Positions 1 through 9,656 of a stretch of 64,000 nt of DNA are shown piece by piece (positions within the stretch are counted from its first letter, which is position 1; the number at the start of each line of letters is the position of its first letter). The position numbers and the translations under genes are program-made. Below the pieces are notes generated by a model that worked only from the letters and a program-made list of their open reading frames with translations, was not told the DNA's origin and did not search any database. The stretch comes from Gammaproteobacteria bacterium (GTDB lineage: Bacteria; Pseudomonadota; Gammaproteobacteria; JAKDMP01). The DNA lies in NCBI GenBank assembly GCA_027018875.1, contig JALUYA010000001.1, positions 13,457 to 77,456 on the forward strand. Reading direction: 5' to 3'.

Positions 1-2
1 GG

Positions 3-335
3 CCGGGGGAACAAGCGGGCTATCCCACCATATGCAAGGGAAGGTTCCGGGTTGGAGAGCATGTCTATTATGCGATGGAAGAGCCTACCAGCCTGAATAC
101 GTTGGATATTCTTCCCGAGCTGATGCGGGCGGGGGTCGCGGCCATAAAGGTGGAAGGGCGGCAGCGCAGCCCCGCCTATGTTGCGCAAGTAACCGCGGTC
201 ATGCGGGCCGCCATAGATGCTTGCCTTGCGGATCCTCAGGCTTATAAACCGCACGCGGCCTGGCAACAGGCGTTGGCGTCGGTTTCCGAAGGGACGCAGA
301 CAACCCTGGGCGCCTATCACCGGCCCTGGCTCTAG
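3..335 (+). CDS. ubiU: U32-family peptidase-like protein, 3' end (5'-truncated by window); likely UbiU, the partner of the downstream UbiV
   Basis: Frame 3 is open from the window start. C-terminal motifs EEPTSLN...LPEL...GV.AIKVEGR.RSP.YV are typical of U32 peptidases. Sits immediately upstream of a UbiV-like gene, as in yhbU-yhbV. The specific UbiU assignment rests on synteny only. Confidence 0.5.
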   Translation, partial: PGEQAGYPTICKGRFRVGEHVYYAMEEPTSLNTLDILPELMRAGVAAIKVEGRQRSPAYVAQVTAVMRAAIDACLADPQAYKPHAAWQQALASVSEGTQTTLGAYHRPWL

Positions 336-586
336 GGGGTTGTCGGAGGTAGGACGATTTTGCGGGGGTGAAGGGGAAAACAGTAAAGATCTCCCCGATT
401 TTTTGTAGTCTATCCCCGCTATACGCCTAGAAATCGGGAAAATTCCGCTTCTGCTTTCCCGTGTTGCTTGCGACAAGCTTCTGGAGCCGATGGTTACTAG
501 GTATCCAGGTGGGACACAAGCGTTGGGATCGGGGTTTCTTGTTGAGAGGTATGGGGATGGATGGATCAAATACGGAGACTCGGCCT

Positions 587-1492
587 ATGCAGCTTGCCTT
601 AGGACCACTGCTCTATTGCTGGCCACGAGAGCAGGTACTGTCTTTTTACGAGCAGGCAGCTGGATGGCCGGTGGAGATCGTTTATCTTGGGGAGGTCGTG
701 TGCTCGAAACGTCGGGTACTTTCTCTTGATGAGTGGCTCGACTTGGCTAAACACCTGGAATCGGCGGGGAAGCAAGTTGTCCTCTCCACCCTGACCCTGC
801 TGGAAGCCGGATCGGAACTGGGCGCCTTACGCCGCTTATGCCGTAACGGCCACTTTGATGTCGAAGCCAATGACATGGCCGCGGTCAATATACTTGCTGC
901 GGCCGGAGTTGAATTTATTGGTGGGCCCACATTGAATATCTATAATCCGCGAACGCTTGCGGTTTTGGTCGGGCAGGGGCTGCGCCGCTGGGTTTTACCG
1001 TTTGAGTTGTCGCATCCGGCGGCAAGCGAGTTAATCAATGCGGCTCCGGCTTCCTGCACCTGCGAAGTCTTTGCCTGGGGGCGGTTGCCATTGTCCTGGT
1101 CGGCGCGATGCTACACGGCAAGAGCCGAAAACCGTGCTAAGGATCAGTGTGAGATAATTTGCCGTAATGACCCGGATGGACGCCTGGTATCTACCCGCGA
1201 AGGACAACCTTTTTTGACGATTAACGGGGTACAGATGCAGTCTGCCCTAACCCAGGACCTGGCCCCCTGGATTCCAGAGATGGAAGCGGCCGGAATCCAG
1301 GTATTGCGCTTGAGTCCTCAGTATTCCGGTATGGATGAGGTGGTGGAATGCTTTGATCGACTGCGGCGCGATCCGGGCGATCAGGAGGTATTACGGCGCT
1401 TGCAGTCATTGGCTGCGGTAGGTGTCTGTGACGGCTACTGGCATGGTGAGGCCGGCTTTGCCAACACCGCGAACGGTTTGCAGCAGTCGTGA
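587..1492 (+). CDS. ubiV: U32-family [4Fe-4S] protein UbiV (O2-independent ubiquinone hydroxylation accessory protein)
   Basis: N-terminal [13 protein letters not shown] matches the UbiV/YhbV N-terminus. Cys pattern C-X12-C-X3-C ([18 protein letters not shown]) plus an upstream Cys matches the UbiV Fe-S ligands. Start moved to the internal ATG at 587; the listed ORF starts at 461. Confidence 0.75.
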   Translation: MQLALGPLLYCWPREQVLSFYEQAAGWPVEIVYLGEVVCSKRRVLSLDEWLDLAKHLESAGKQVVLSTLTLLEAGSELGALRRLCRNGHFDVEANDMAAVNILAAAGVEFIGGPTLNIYNPRTLAVLVGQGLRRWVLPFELSHPAASELINAAPASCTCEVFAWGRLPLSWSARCYTARAENRAKDQCEIICRNDPDGRLVSTREGQPFLTINGVQMQSALTQDLAPWIPEMEAAGIQVLRLSPQYSGMDEVVECFDRLRRDPGDQEVLRRLQSLAAVGVCDGYWHGEAGFANTANGLQQS

Positions 1493-1557
1493 ATTTTCTG
1501 CAACTGGGCGAAGGGCCAGTGTCGCGGTGGTTGGAACGTCGTGGCCGGTCGCGGTGG

Positions 1558-3015
1558 TTGGATCTCAGGGTGTTTCTGGAGGACCTGGAACAGCACGGAG
1601 AGTTACGCCGGGTTGGTGAGGCGGTGGATTCCCACTTGGAAATCACCGCCATTTGCCGCCAAAGCCTACTGCGCCAGGGACCGGCCCTGTTATTTGAGCG
1701 GGTGAAAGGCCGGGATATGCCGGTTTTGGGCAATCTATTCGGCGACACCAGGCGGATCGGCAGGGCACTGGGGTTGGAATCTTTGGAGGAGTTGCGCGAG
1801 GTTGGACGGCTGCTCAGTTTCTTCAAGTCTCCCCACTTGCCAAGCAACTTTTGGGATGGATTACAGGATGCGCCGCAATGGATGCGCCTGGCTCATTTGC
1901 GTCCTCGGCTGCTCAGTGAGGCAGCCTGTCAACAGAATGTGTGGGTTGGATCCGAGGTGGACTTGGAGAGACTACCGATCCAGACTTGCTGGCCGCAAGA
2001 CGTGGGGCCGTTGTTGAGCTTTGGATTGGTGGTGACACGGGGCACGCGCCAGCCGCGGCTTAACGTGGCAATTTATCGCCAGCAGTTAATCGGTAGGAAT
2101 AAGCTCATCATGCGGTGGCTTTCGCATCGCGGTGGCGCCCAGGACTACCGTGACTGGCTGCAGGAGCACCCGGATCGACCCTTTCCGGTGGCCGTCGTCC
2201 TGGGGGCCGACCCGTCAACCATTTTGGCCGCCGTGGCTCCCGTGCCCGATACCTTGTCCGAATATCAGTTTGCTGGGTTGCTACGGGGGGCGCGAACGGA
2301 GCTGACCCGGTGTACAAGCCACGATTTACTGGTTCCGACGAAGGCCGAGATCGTTCTGGAAGGGCATATTTATCCCGGGGAAACGGCCCTTGAGGGTCCC
2401 TTTTGCGATCACACCGGATATTACAATGCGGTCGCGGAGTTTCCCGTGTTCACCGTGGAGCGGATCTGCACCCGGGAAAATCCTTTCTATCACACCAGCT
2501 ATATGGGCCGGCCACCCGAGGATGAACCCTCCGTTTTGGCCCGTGCGCTCAATGAAATATTTATCCCGTTGTTACAAACCCAGTTTCCGGAAATCGTCGA
2601 TTTCTACCTGCCTCCGGCCGCCTGCTCCTACCGCGTTGCATTGGTGAGTATTCGCAAGCAATACTCGGGCCACGCGCGGCGCATTATGATGGGAATTTGG
2701 TCCTGGTTACGTCAATTTACCTATACCAAGTACATTATTGTCGTGGATGAAGATATCGACGTGCGCGATACCGGCCAGGTGCTATGGGCGATCTCCACCC
2801 GGTCCGATCCGGGTCGCGACTCCCTGGTTATAGACCGCACCCCGATAGACTACCTGGATTTTGCCAGCCCGGAAAGCGGCTTGGGTGGGAAATTGGGGCT
2901 TGATGCAACCCGGAAATGGCCCGGAGAGAGCAACCGGGAGTGGGGAAGGGTGGCGGTGATGAGCCCCGAAATCGAAGCCCGTGCACAAGCATTGTGTGAA
3001 CGATTGGGTATTTAA
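1558..3015 (+). CDS. ubiD: UbiD-family decarboxylase (3-octaprenyl-4-hydroxybenzoate carboxy-lyase)
   Basis: [35 protein letters not shown] and the ~490-aa length are typical of UbiD. Start is ambiguous: GTG at 1489 overlapping the ubiV stop, or TTG at 1558. The 1558 start was chosen from alignment to the E. coli N-terminus. Confidence 0.8.
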   Translation: MDLRVFLEDLEQHGELRRVGEAVDSHLEITAICRQSLLRQGPALLFERVKGRDMPVLGNLFGDTRRIGRALGLESLEELREVGRLLSFFKSPHLPSNFWDGLQDAPQWMRLAHLRPRLLSEAACQQNVWVGSEVDLERLPIQTCWPQDVGPLLSFGLVVTRGTRQPRLNVAIYRQQLIGRNKLIMRWLSHRGGAQDYRDWLQEHPDRPFPVAVVLGADPSTILAAVAPVPDTLSEYQFAGLLRGARTELTRCTSHDLLVPTKAEIVLEGHIYPGETALEGPFCDHTGYYNAVAEFPVFTVERICTRENPFYHTSYMGRPPEDEPSVLARALNEIFIPLLQTQFPEIVDFYLPPAACSYRVALVSIRKQYSGHARRIMMGIWSWLRQFTYTKYIIVVDEDIDVRDTGQVLWAISTRSDPGRDSLVIDRTPIDYLDFASPESGLGGKLGLDATRKWPGESNREWGRVAVMSPEIEARAQALCERLGI

Positions 3016-3140
3016 CACGCAATTCCGGGCGCCGGCGAGGTGCGAGTGTCTCTCGTCTGGGGGTAGAGTTTCGGAGCGGTAGGGTACAGGGGGCAAAAAA
3101 ATATATAATAAAGCAAGTTTTTGGTCGTTGGTGCTGCAAG

Positions 3141-3923
3141 GTGCATAGTCCCATCGTAGTTGCCCATTCCAACGTAGCAAGGGAGTCCTCCCTTGGCGTA
3201 GATACCCACTGTATCGCCTGCAAACTCTACCCCATGTGTTTACCTCGGGGTTTGCCCGATAAAGAGCTGGAGGACTTTGGCAGCCATATCCGTCGGCGGC
3301 GGATACTGCATCGTGGCCGGATGCTCTATCATGCCGGGCAGTCCTCGAAATCCCTGTACACCATTCGCAGCGGGTCCATTAAAACCTTTGCACTCAGTTC
3401 GGAAGGGGATGAAATGGTGGAAGGGTTCTATTATCCCGGGGAGTTGTTGGGGTTCGAGGCGCTATCTTCGGAACCGCATGATCACTTCGCATTGGCCCTT
3501 GAAACTACCGAGTATTGTGAAATTCCGGTCTCGCCCTTGAATCGGCTCATGTTGCGATCAGAGTCCCTGCGAAGACAATTGATACACATAATCACCAGGC
3601 GGATCACCGGTGATCGCCGCCAGGGGTATATCCGCAACCGGCGGGATGCACGTAGCCGGGTGGCCGCTTACCTGGTCGATGTGTCCCTGCGCCGTTCCCG
3701 CTGGCGCAAATCGTTGGATCACTTCCAGCTGAGCATGGATCGGCGTGATATAGCGGAGTACCTGGGGCTTACGATGGAAACCGTGAGCCGGTGCCTTACC
3801 CAGTTTCAACGCGAGGGGCTGTTGCGGGTCAAGGCCAAGTGGATTCGCCTGCTGAACCAGCAGGCATTGAGGGCGGTCTGCGGCAGCGATGTTTGGGAAG
3901 AATTGCATCGTGCCGTTGTTTAG
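3141..3923 (+). CDS. fnr: FNR/CRP-family transcriptional regulator, FNR/ANR type with N-terminal Cys cluster
   Basis: HCIACKLYPMCLP (C-X2-C-X5-C) and a central Cys in EYCEIP (C122 equivalent). cNMP-binding fold YTIRSGSIKTF...GDEMVEGFYYPGELLGFEAL. C-terminal HTH RRDIAEYLGLTMETVSRCL, as in E. coli FNR. Confidence 0.85.
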   Translation: MHSPIVVAHSNVARESSLGVDTHCIACKLYPMCLPRGLPDKELEDFGSHIRRRRILHRGRMLYHAGQSSKSLYTIRSGSIKTFALSSEGDEMVEGFYYPGELLGFEALSSEPHDHFALALETTEYCEIPVSPLNRLMLRSESLRRQLIHIITRRITGDRRQGYIRNRRDARSRVAAYLVDVSLRRSRWRKSLDHFQLSMDRRDIAEYLGLTMETVSRCLTQFQREGLLRVKAKWIRLLNQQALRAVCGSDVWEELHRAVV

Positions 3924-4112
3924 AAAGCGTGGCGGCCGGCTCCGGGTGTTAATCCCGACATCGATTCCCGGCATATCAATATGGCTTAAAGAGAATTCAA
4001 TGCGGATCGATTGAATGCTTCATTGAGCTTTCCGTGCTCATGGAACCAGTTGTAAAAAACTCCATATCATGCGTTTCCATTATTCGGAAAAACCTATTCA
4101 GGAGAGAATTTC

Positions 4113-5165
4113 ATGTCAGTTGCATTTCAAGCCTACCAAGAGCAGTTCAGCAACACTTCCCACGAGGTGGATGCCCTGGCGAATGAGGAGAAAATACGCC
4201 GAATCCTGGAATTGAAAGAGGAAAAACAAGCCGCCATTCTAGGTCATAACTATATGAATCCGCTGATTTACAACCTTTCGAACAGGGTGGAACGAGGAGA
4301 TTCCTTGGCGTTGGCGCGCTATGTCGCCACCACCGATAATCCCCTGATAGTATTCGATGGTGTGCTGTTTATGGCGGAGACGGCCAAGATCTTGAATCCT
4401 GAAAAGAAGGTGCTTATCGCCAGCAAGGAGGCGGGATGCAGCCTCGCCGATCCCATTCGGGCTGGCGAGGTTCGACGCCTCAGGGCGCAATACCCCCAGG
4501 CCCCCGTGGTGACCTATATCAACAGCTATGCCGATGTCAAGGCCGAGTCGGACATTTGCTGTACCTCCGCCAATGCGGTTGCCGTGATTATCCACATGTA
4601 TGAACAAACCAAGAGTAATACCATTATTTTTCTACCGGATTCACTCATGGGGGCTAATTTGCAGATGGAACTGGACAAGCTGGGAATCCCGATCCGGTTG
4701 GTGTATCCCGGCAAGAATAACCTTTTGAAAATGGTAAAGTGCGAAGTGCATGATCAGTTTGCGGTAGAAGATCTTCTGAGTGTTCGGGCGCAGTACGATA
4801 TCCCCAAGGGGCATCCCAACCGCGCGGTAATGGCTCACTGGGAATGTCGCCCGGAAGTTTTGGCCGAGGCCGATTTTTACGGAAGTACATCGCAAATGGC
4901 CCGGTTCATACAGTCACACGACATGGAACGGGTTTACCTGGTCACGGAATGCGAAATGGCGGCCAACCTAGTCAGTGAGTTTCCGCAGGTAGAGTTTGTA
5001 CGCTCATGCCAGGCCTATTGCCAATATATGCGTAAAATTACCCTTGATGGAATTCTTTCGGCCCTGGAAACGGAAGACCCCGAAAAACATGAAATCAATG
5101 TTGATCCGGCGCTGCGCTATAAGGCCTTGGTACCCATTCAGCGGATGTTGGATCTGCGCCTCTGA
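4113..5165 (+). CDS. nadA: quinolinate synthase NadA
   Basis: GHNYM, CCTSANAV and Fe-S Cys residues; ~350 aa; followed directly by nadB. GC content is visibly lower than the neighbouring genes. Confidence 0.85.
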   Translation: MSVAFQAYQEQFSNTSHEVDALANEEKIRRILELKEEKQAAILGHNYMNPLIYNLSNRVERGDSLALARYVATTDNPLIVFDGVLFMAETAKILNPEKKVLIASKEAGCSLADPIRAGEVRRLRAQYPQAPVVTYINSYADVKAESDICCTSANAVAVIIHMYEQTKSNTIIFLPDSLMGANLQMELDKLGIPIRLVYPGKNNLLKMVKCEVHDQFAVEDLLSVRAQYDIPKGHPNRAVMAHWECRPEVLAEADFYGSTSQMARFIQSHDMERVYLVTECEMAANLVSEFPQVEFVRSCQAYCQYMRKITLDGILSALETEDPEKHEINVDPALRYKALVPIQRMLDLRL

Positions 5166-5167
5166 CA

Positions 5168-6739
5168 ATGGCCGATTTCAAGTACATCATCGTCGGCAGT
5201 GGGATTGCCGGGTTGTACGCAGCCTTGCTTGCCAGCGAGCAGGGTTCGGTTTTGCTTTTAACGAAGGGTGGGCTGCAGGATTGTAATACCCGGTATGCCC
5301 AGGGTGGCATTGCCGCTGCTATCGGGGCCGGAGATTCACCGGCACTGCATTTAGAAGATACGCTTGGTGCCGGCGCCGGTCTGTGTGACGTGGAGGCCGC
5401 CCGAATTTTGACCGATAATGCGCCTCGTGCCATTGCCGACCTGGTTCGTTTAGGCGTCATTTTCGATACCGATCATGGTGAAGTCGCGCTAGGGCGGGAA
5501 GGGGCGCACCGATTGGCGCGGGTGCTCCATGCGGGCGGCGATGCTACCGGTGCCCATATAGAAACCGTGTTGGCCCGATTGGTCCAGGCGCGGCCTATCC
5601 GGATAGACGAATATTCGGCCGCGGTTGGGCTCGTGGTGGATGCCCGTTCGGGGAAGGTAACGGCCGTTGATGCGGTACAAGTGCGAAATGGCCAGACAAA
5701 AAGGCGATACACGGGCGAGGCGATCGTCCTGGCAACGGGAGGTGCCGGTCGGCTTTTCCGGCACACGACCAATCCCGAGGTGGCTACCGGAGACGGGGTG
5801 GCGTTGGCCTTTAACGCCGGAGCGGCGGTGGCGGATATGGAGTTTTGTCAGTTTCATCCAACGGCGCTGCGTTTTCCCGGGGCCCCCGCATTCCTTATTT
5901 CGGAGGCCGTGCGTGGAGAAGGGGCCGTCTTGCTTACGGGCGATGGAGATGCCTTTATGGCCCGTTATCATCCCATGAAAGACCTGGCTCCCCGGGATAT
6001 CGTTTCGCGGGCAATCGTAACCGAGATGCAGCGCGCGGCCACGGATCACGTGTTATTGGATATGACGCACCTTCCCGAGCAATGGCTGATTACCCGTTTC
6101 CCGACCATCTATCATACTTGCTTGCAAAATGGCGTGGACATTACCCGGGAACCCGTTCCGGTGGCGCCCGCCGCCCATTACATGATGGGCGGCGTGCTGA
6201 CTAATTCCTGGGGAGAAACCAACCTTCCCGGCTTGTTTGCTTGTGGCGAGGTTGCCTGCAATGGGTTGCACGGGGCCAATCGACTGGCCAGTAATTCGCT
6301 CCTGGAAGCCCTGGTGTTCGCACGCCGGGTCGTGGAGCGTGCCGGTTCCGGTATCTGGGAGGGGATCCGGTTTGATGACCCGCTGATTCTTGATCAGCCG
6401 GGCCTGTTGAACGCGGATGCGCCAACCTTGACCGCGGAAAACCTGGTGCAGACGATGTGGAACAAGGTCGGTATCGTTCGGGATGGGGTGGGGTTGGAAG
6501 AGGCGGTAGCGATCTTCAATTCCTGGGCGGGCTCATTGCCCGCCAGTGAAGACTTGACGGTACAGTCCTTGGCTAACCAAGTTCTGGTTGGCAGACTGAT
6601 GGCCCATGCGGCACAAGCCAGGACCGAGAGCCGGGGAGCACATTTTCGGCTTGATTTCCCGGCGCCGCGCCCAGAATGGGTGCGCCGGATCGTGATGGTG
6701 GCACATCCACCCGGAAACCCCTTTCCGAGCGAATCATGA
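5168..6739 (+). CDS. nadB: L-aspartate oxidase NadB
   Basis: FAD-binding N-terminus KYIIVGSGIAGL, RYAQGGIAAA and HGANRLASNSLLE motifs; ~520 aa. Confidence 0.9.
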   Translation: MADFKYIIVGSGIAGLYAALLASEQGSVLLLTKGGLQDCNTRYAQGGIAAAIGAGDSPALHLEDTLGAGAGLCDVEAARILTDNAPRAIADLVRLGVIFDTDHGEVALGREGAHRLARVLHAGGDATGAHIETVLARLVQARPIRIDEYSAAVGLVVDARSGKVTAVDAVQVRNGQTKRRYTGEAIVLATGGAGRLFRHTTNPEVATGDGVALAFNAGAAVADMEFCQFHPTALRFPGAPAFLISEAVRGEGAVLLTGDGDAFMARYHPMKDLAPRDIVSRAIVTEMQRAATDHVLLDMTHLPEQWLITRFPTIYHTCLQNGVDITREPVPVAPAAHYMMGGVLTNSWGETNLPGLFACGEVACNGLHGANRLASNSLLEALVFARRVVERAGSGIWEGIRFDDPLILDQPGLLNADAPTLTAENLVQTMWNKVGIVRDGVGLEEAVAIFNSWAGSLPASEDLTVQSLANQVLVGRLMAHAAQARTESRGAHFRLDFPAPRPEWVRRIVMVAHPPGNPFPSES

Positions 6740-7728
6740 GCGCTTGAAACAGGTTGCAGGTGACTGCTGGAGCGGTAACCACATCTTCTCGGTATGAGGC
6801 GGTGATCCAGATTAGTTGTATCATTCCACTGTACGGGTAAGTAGTAGACCCTAAAAATCATACAGGTCATTGATTTATAAAGAGAAAATTACGGAATGGG
6901 GTAAAATATCGTCCAGAAACCGGTGTGAATCGTAATAAAACTGGACGAAAGGAATAATACGGATGATAGAAGACAGACGCCCAAACCCGGATCAATAAAT
7001 TTTTACACGCTTTTGACATAAGTGAGTTCCGGGAATGGCAGGAGGCCCGGCTCAAGCAGTCTGGCCCCAAGGTGCGGAGCATTCAATGAGAAATCTGAAT
7101 CTGACGGGAAATGAATTTACAGCAGTTCTGGGACTTGACCATGGTGGTCCCTTGCTGAAGTCGGTTTTGCCGAATGGATAAGTAGCAGGGGAGATACGCT
7201 GCCCATGAGTAAAGATAAAGATAACGTAGTTCGATTCTAGAAACCAGAGGAGGTGCAGGAGCCGTTGAGCGCTGCGCAGCGCGCAGTGGCGCCTAGCTGA
7301 TCTCTCGGCAATGGTGACGCGAGTGGGGCGACGGTGACGGCGCTGGGGCGCTGCTGGCTCGGGCCCGGCCTGGCCGGGGCCGGCAGCCCCTATGTCTACG
7401 TGGGCGATACCCCTCTCAGCGATGTCTGTCCCACGGGCGAGTTCTCGGGGTGTGGGATGCGCTCGGCATGGTTATATGAGGGTTGTCGTCACCTATTACA
7501 CGGGGGATCCGGAGTTCTGGGCGGAGCCGTGGGAGGGTTCGTGGCCGGATTTGGCGACTCGGGGGGCGAGGTTGAGGACGGGGTAGTCGGATATATTGCA
7601 GCGGGCTGCTACACTGATGAAGAAGATTCTTATCTTCCCGCATGGATGAAGGTTAGATGAATCAGACGGGCGATATCGGAGGGGTGTAAAGGAACTGCAG
7701 AACATGGTAGGAAACACCGTGACCCACC

Positions 7729-9645
7729 ATGGGTCATAACAGAGCATCTCGCGGTGGAACGGATGCGTGGCTGAAGGAGATTCTCGGACCGGGAGGCGAG
7801 TTCGTTCGCAAAATCCCGGGTTTCGTCCCGCGGTCGGGACAACTTGAGCTGGCGCAGGCGATCGCCTCTGCAATCGAAGATCGCGAGCACTTGGTGGCCG
7901 AAGCGGGGACGGGCATCGGTAAAACCTTTGCTTATTTGGTGCCTATTCTTACCGCGGGTCGCCGGGCGGTGATCTCGACGGCCACGCGGGCCTTGCAGGA
8001 TCAGATCTATGCACGGGATCTGCCCCAGGCGGCAGCCGTGCTGGGTCGTCCGGTCGAGGTCGCCGTACTCAAGGGACGACGTAATTATCTATGCCTGGAA
8101 CGCTACCGAAACCTGGAGCGGGATTGGGCCGGGTTCCCAGGATTGGATCGTGCAGCACTTGCGGCATGGGTTAGATCCACATCCTCGGGAGAATTTTCCC
8201 AATTACCGGGACTTGGAGAATCTTCTCCTGTTATTCGACAACTTGGAATCGATCGTGAAGCCTGTCTCGGTAGTGCTTGTCCCGAGTATGCACGGTGCCA
8301 TGTCTATGCCGCCAGGCGGCGGGCCCAGGCCGCCGATGTGGTTATTGTCAATCATCATCTTCTGGTAGCGGACCTGGCACTCAAGGTCGAGGGTTTTGGA
8401 GACCTGCTGGGGCAGGTCGATGTAGTCGTGGTGGATGAAGCCCATGCCCTGCCTGAAACGGCGCGTATGAACCTGGGGGAAACGGTCTCGCTGGGCCAGG
8501 TAAAGGATCTGCTCGGTGATTTAAATAGATTGCCCGAAATGAGGGAAAAAACGCTGCAGCGGGTCTTGAACGCTGTCGAAGCCGCGTTGCGTGCATTACC
8601 GCATCGGCTTGACCCCCCGCGGCGGGCGTGGAGCGAAGTGGCAGCCAAGTTCACTGCCGGGGTAAGTCGCCTGTTGGCTGCCATCCATGAACTCATCGAG
8701 ATACTGGAGCCGGTTCCGGAGTGGGAAACGCTGCGGGAACGCGCGCGCGGGATCGCACGGCATTTGGTGGCCTATGCGGATGAGTCCCCGGGGGATATTC
8801 AGAATTTTTCTTGGGTGGAGCAGGGTACCGGGGAAAATCTTGTGTTTCGCCGGACACCGCTTGAAATCGGACTCCATCTGGATGCATGGCGTCGCGCCGG
8901 GCAGGCAAGCTGGATCTTCACTTCCGCCACCTTAAGCGTGGCTGGGGAATTTACTGCCATCCTGCGCGAGCTGGGACTGGATACTGCGCGTACCTTGCAG
9001 GTTCAAAGTCCTTTCCGCCATGCCGAGCAAGGGCTGCTCTACCTTCCCCGTGGGCTTGTACCCGTGCATGAGAAAGGATACACCGAGGGGGTACTGAGAA
9101 AGGCTGTGCCATTGATCCGGGCCGCGGAGGGGGGGTGTTTCCTACTGTTTACCAGTTGGAATGCCTGCCGGCGGGCGGCGCTCTGGTTGCGGGCCGAGCA
9201 ATTAGGGTATCCTTTGTTCGTGCAGGGGGAGGCCCCCCGGGGATATTTGCTTGACACTTTTCGTGCCGTGGGTAATGGCCTGCTGTTGGGCACGGCCAGT
9301 TTTTGGGAAGGCGTGGATGTCAAGGGGGATGCCTTGGTTCTGGTAATTATCGATCGTCTCCCTTTTGCTTCTCCGGCGGATCCCCTGTTTGCGGCTCGCC
9401 TGGAATACTGTCGTTCCTGTGGCGGCCGGCCGTTTATCGACATCCAGTTGCCTGAAGCGGTCATGGCGCTTAAACAGGGGGCGGGGCGGTTAATCAGAGG
9501 TGAGTCCGACCGCGGCGTGCTGATGATCGCCGATCCCCGCCTTTCTTCCAAGCCATATGGCAAGGCCTTCCTGGATAGCCTCCCTCCCTTCGCGCGAACC
9601 CGGGATCAGGCTCGTGCCAAAGCTTTTTTGCGACGCAATGTCTGA
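7729..9645 (+). CDS. ATP-dependent DNA helicase, DinG/YoaA (Rad3-like Fe-S) family
   Basis: Walker A AEAGTGIGKTFAYLVP, DEAH box VVVVDEAHAL, Fe-S Cys cluster CLGSACPEYARCH, and the C-terminal helicase domain. Confidence 0.85.
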   Translation: MGHNRASRGGTDAWLKEILGPGGEFVRKIPGFVPRSGQLELAQAIASAIEDREHLVAEAGTGIGKTFAYLVPILTAGRRAVISTATRALQDQIYARDLPQAAAVLGRPVEVAVLKGRRNYLCLERYRNLERDWAGFPGLDRAALAAWVRSTSSGEFSQLPGLGESSPVIRQLGIDREACLGSACPEYARCHVYAARRRAQAADVVIVNHHLLVADLALKVEGFGDLLGQVDVVVVDEAHALPETARMNLGETVSLGQVKDLLGDLNRLPEMREKTLQRVLNAVEAALRALPHRLDPPRRAWSEVAAKFTAGVSRLLAAIHELIEILEPVPEWETLRERARGIARHLVAYADESPGDIQNFSWVEQGTGENLVFRRTPLEIGLHLDAWRRAGQASWIFTSATLSVAGEFTAILRELGLDTARTLQVQSPFRHAEQGLLYLPRGLVPVHEKGYTEGVLRKAVPLIRAAEGGCFLLFTSWNACRRAALWLRAEQLGYPLFVQGEAPRGYLLDTFRAVGNGLLLGTASFWEGVDVKGDALVLVIIDRLPFASPADPLFAARLEYCRSCGGRPFIDIQLPEAVMALKQGAGRLIRGESDRGVLMIADPRLSSKPYGKAFLDSLPPFARTRDQARAKAFLRRNV

Positions 9646-9656
9646 GGTATGGCTGT

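Noticed and set aside
1221-1847. 208-aa ORF on the minus strand
   Set aside because: Antisense to ubiV/ubiD; Arg/Ser/Pro-rich; no motifs.
4000-4112. Short inverted repeats (AATGCTTCATT, TTGAATGC) upstream of nadA as a possible FNR or NadR site
   Set aside because: Half-sites do not match TTGAT/ATCAA or any operator consensus well enough; only a 4-bp palindrome.
7215-7250. T-loop-like GTTCGATTC motif suggesting a tRNA or tRNA fragment (possible att site)
   Set aside because: No acceptor stem, D-arm or anticodon-arm pairing can be drawn around it; the surrounding sequence is AT-rich and unstructured. Only noted as a possible remnant under the 6740-7730 finding.
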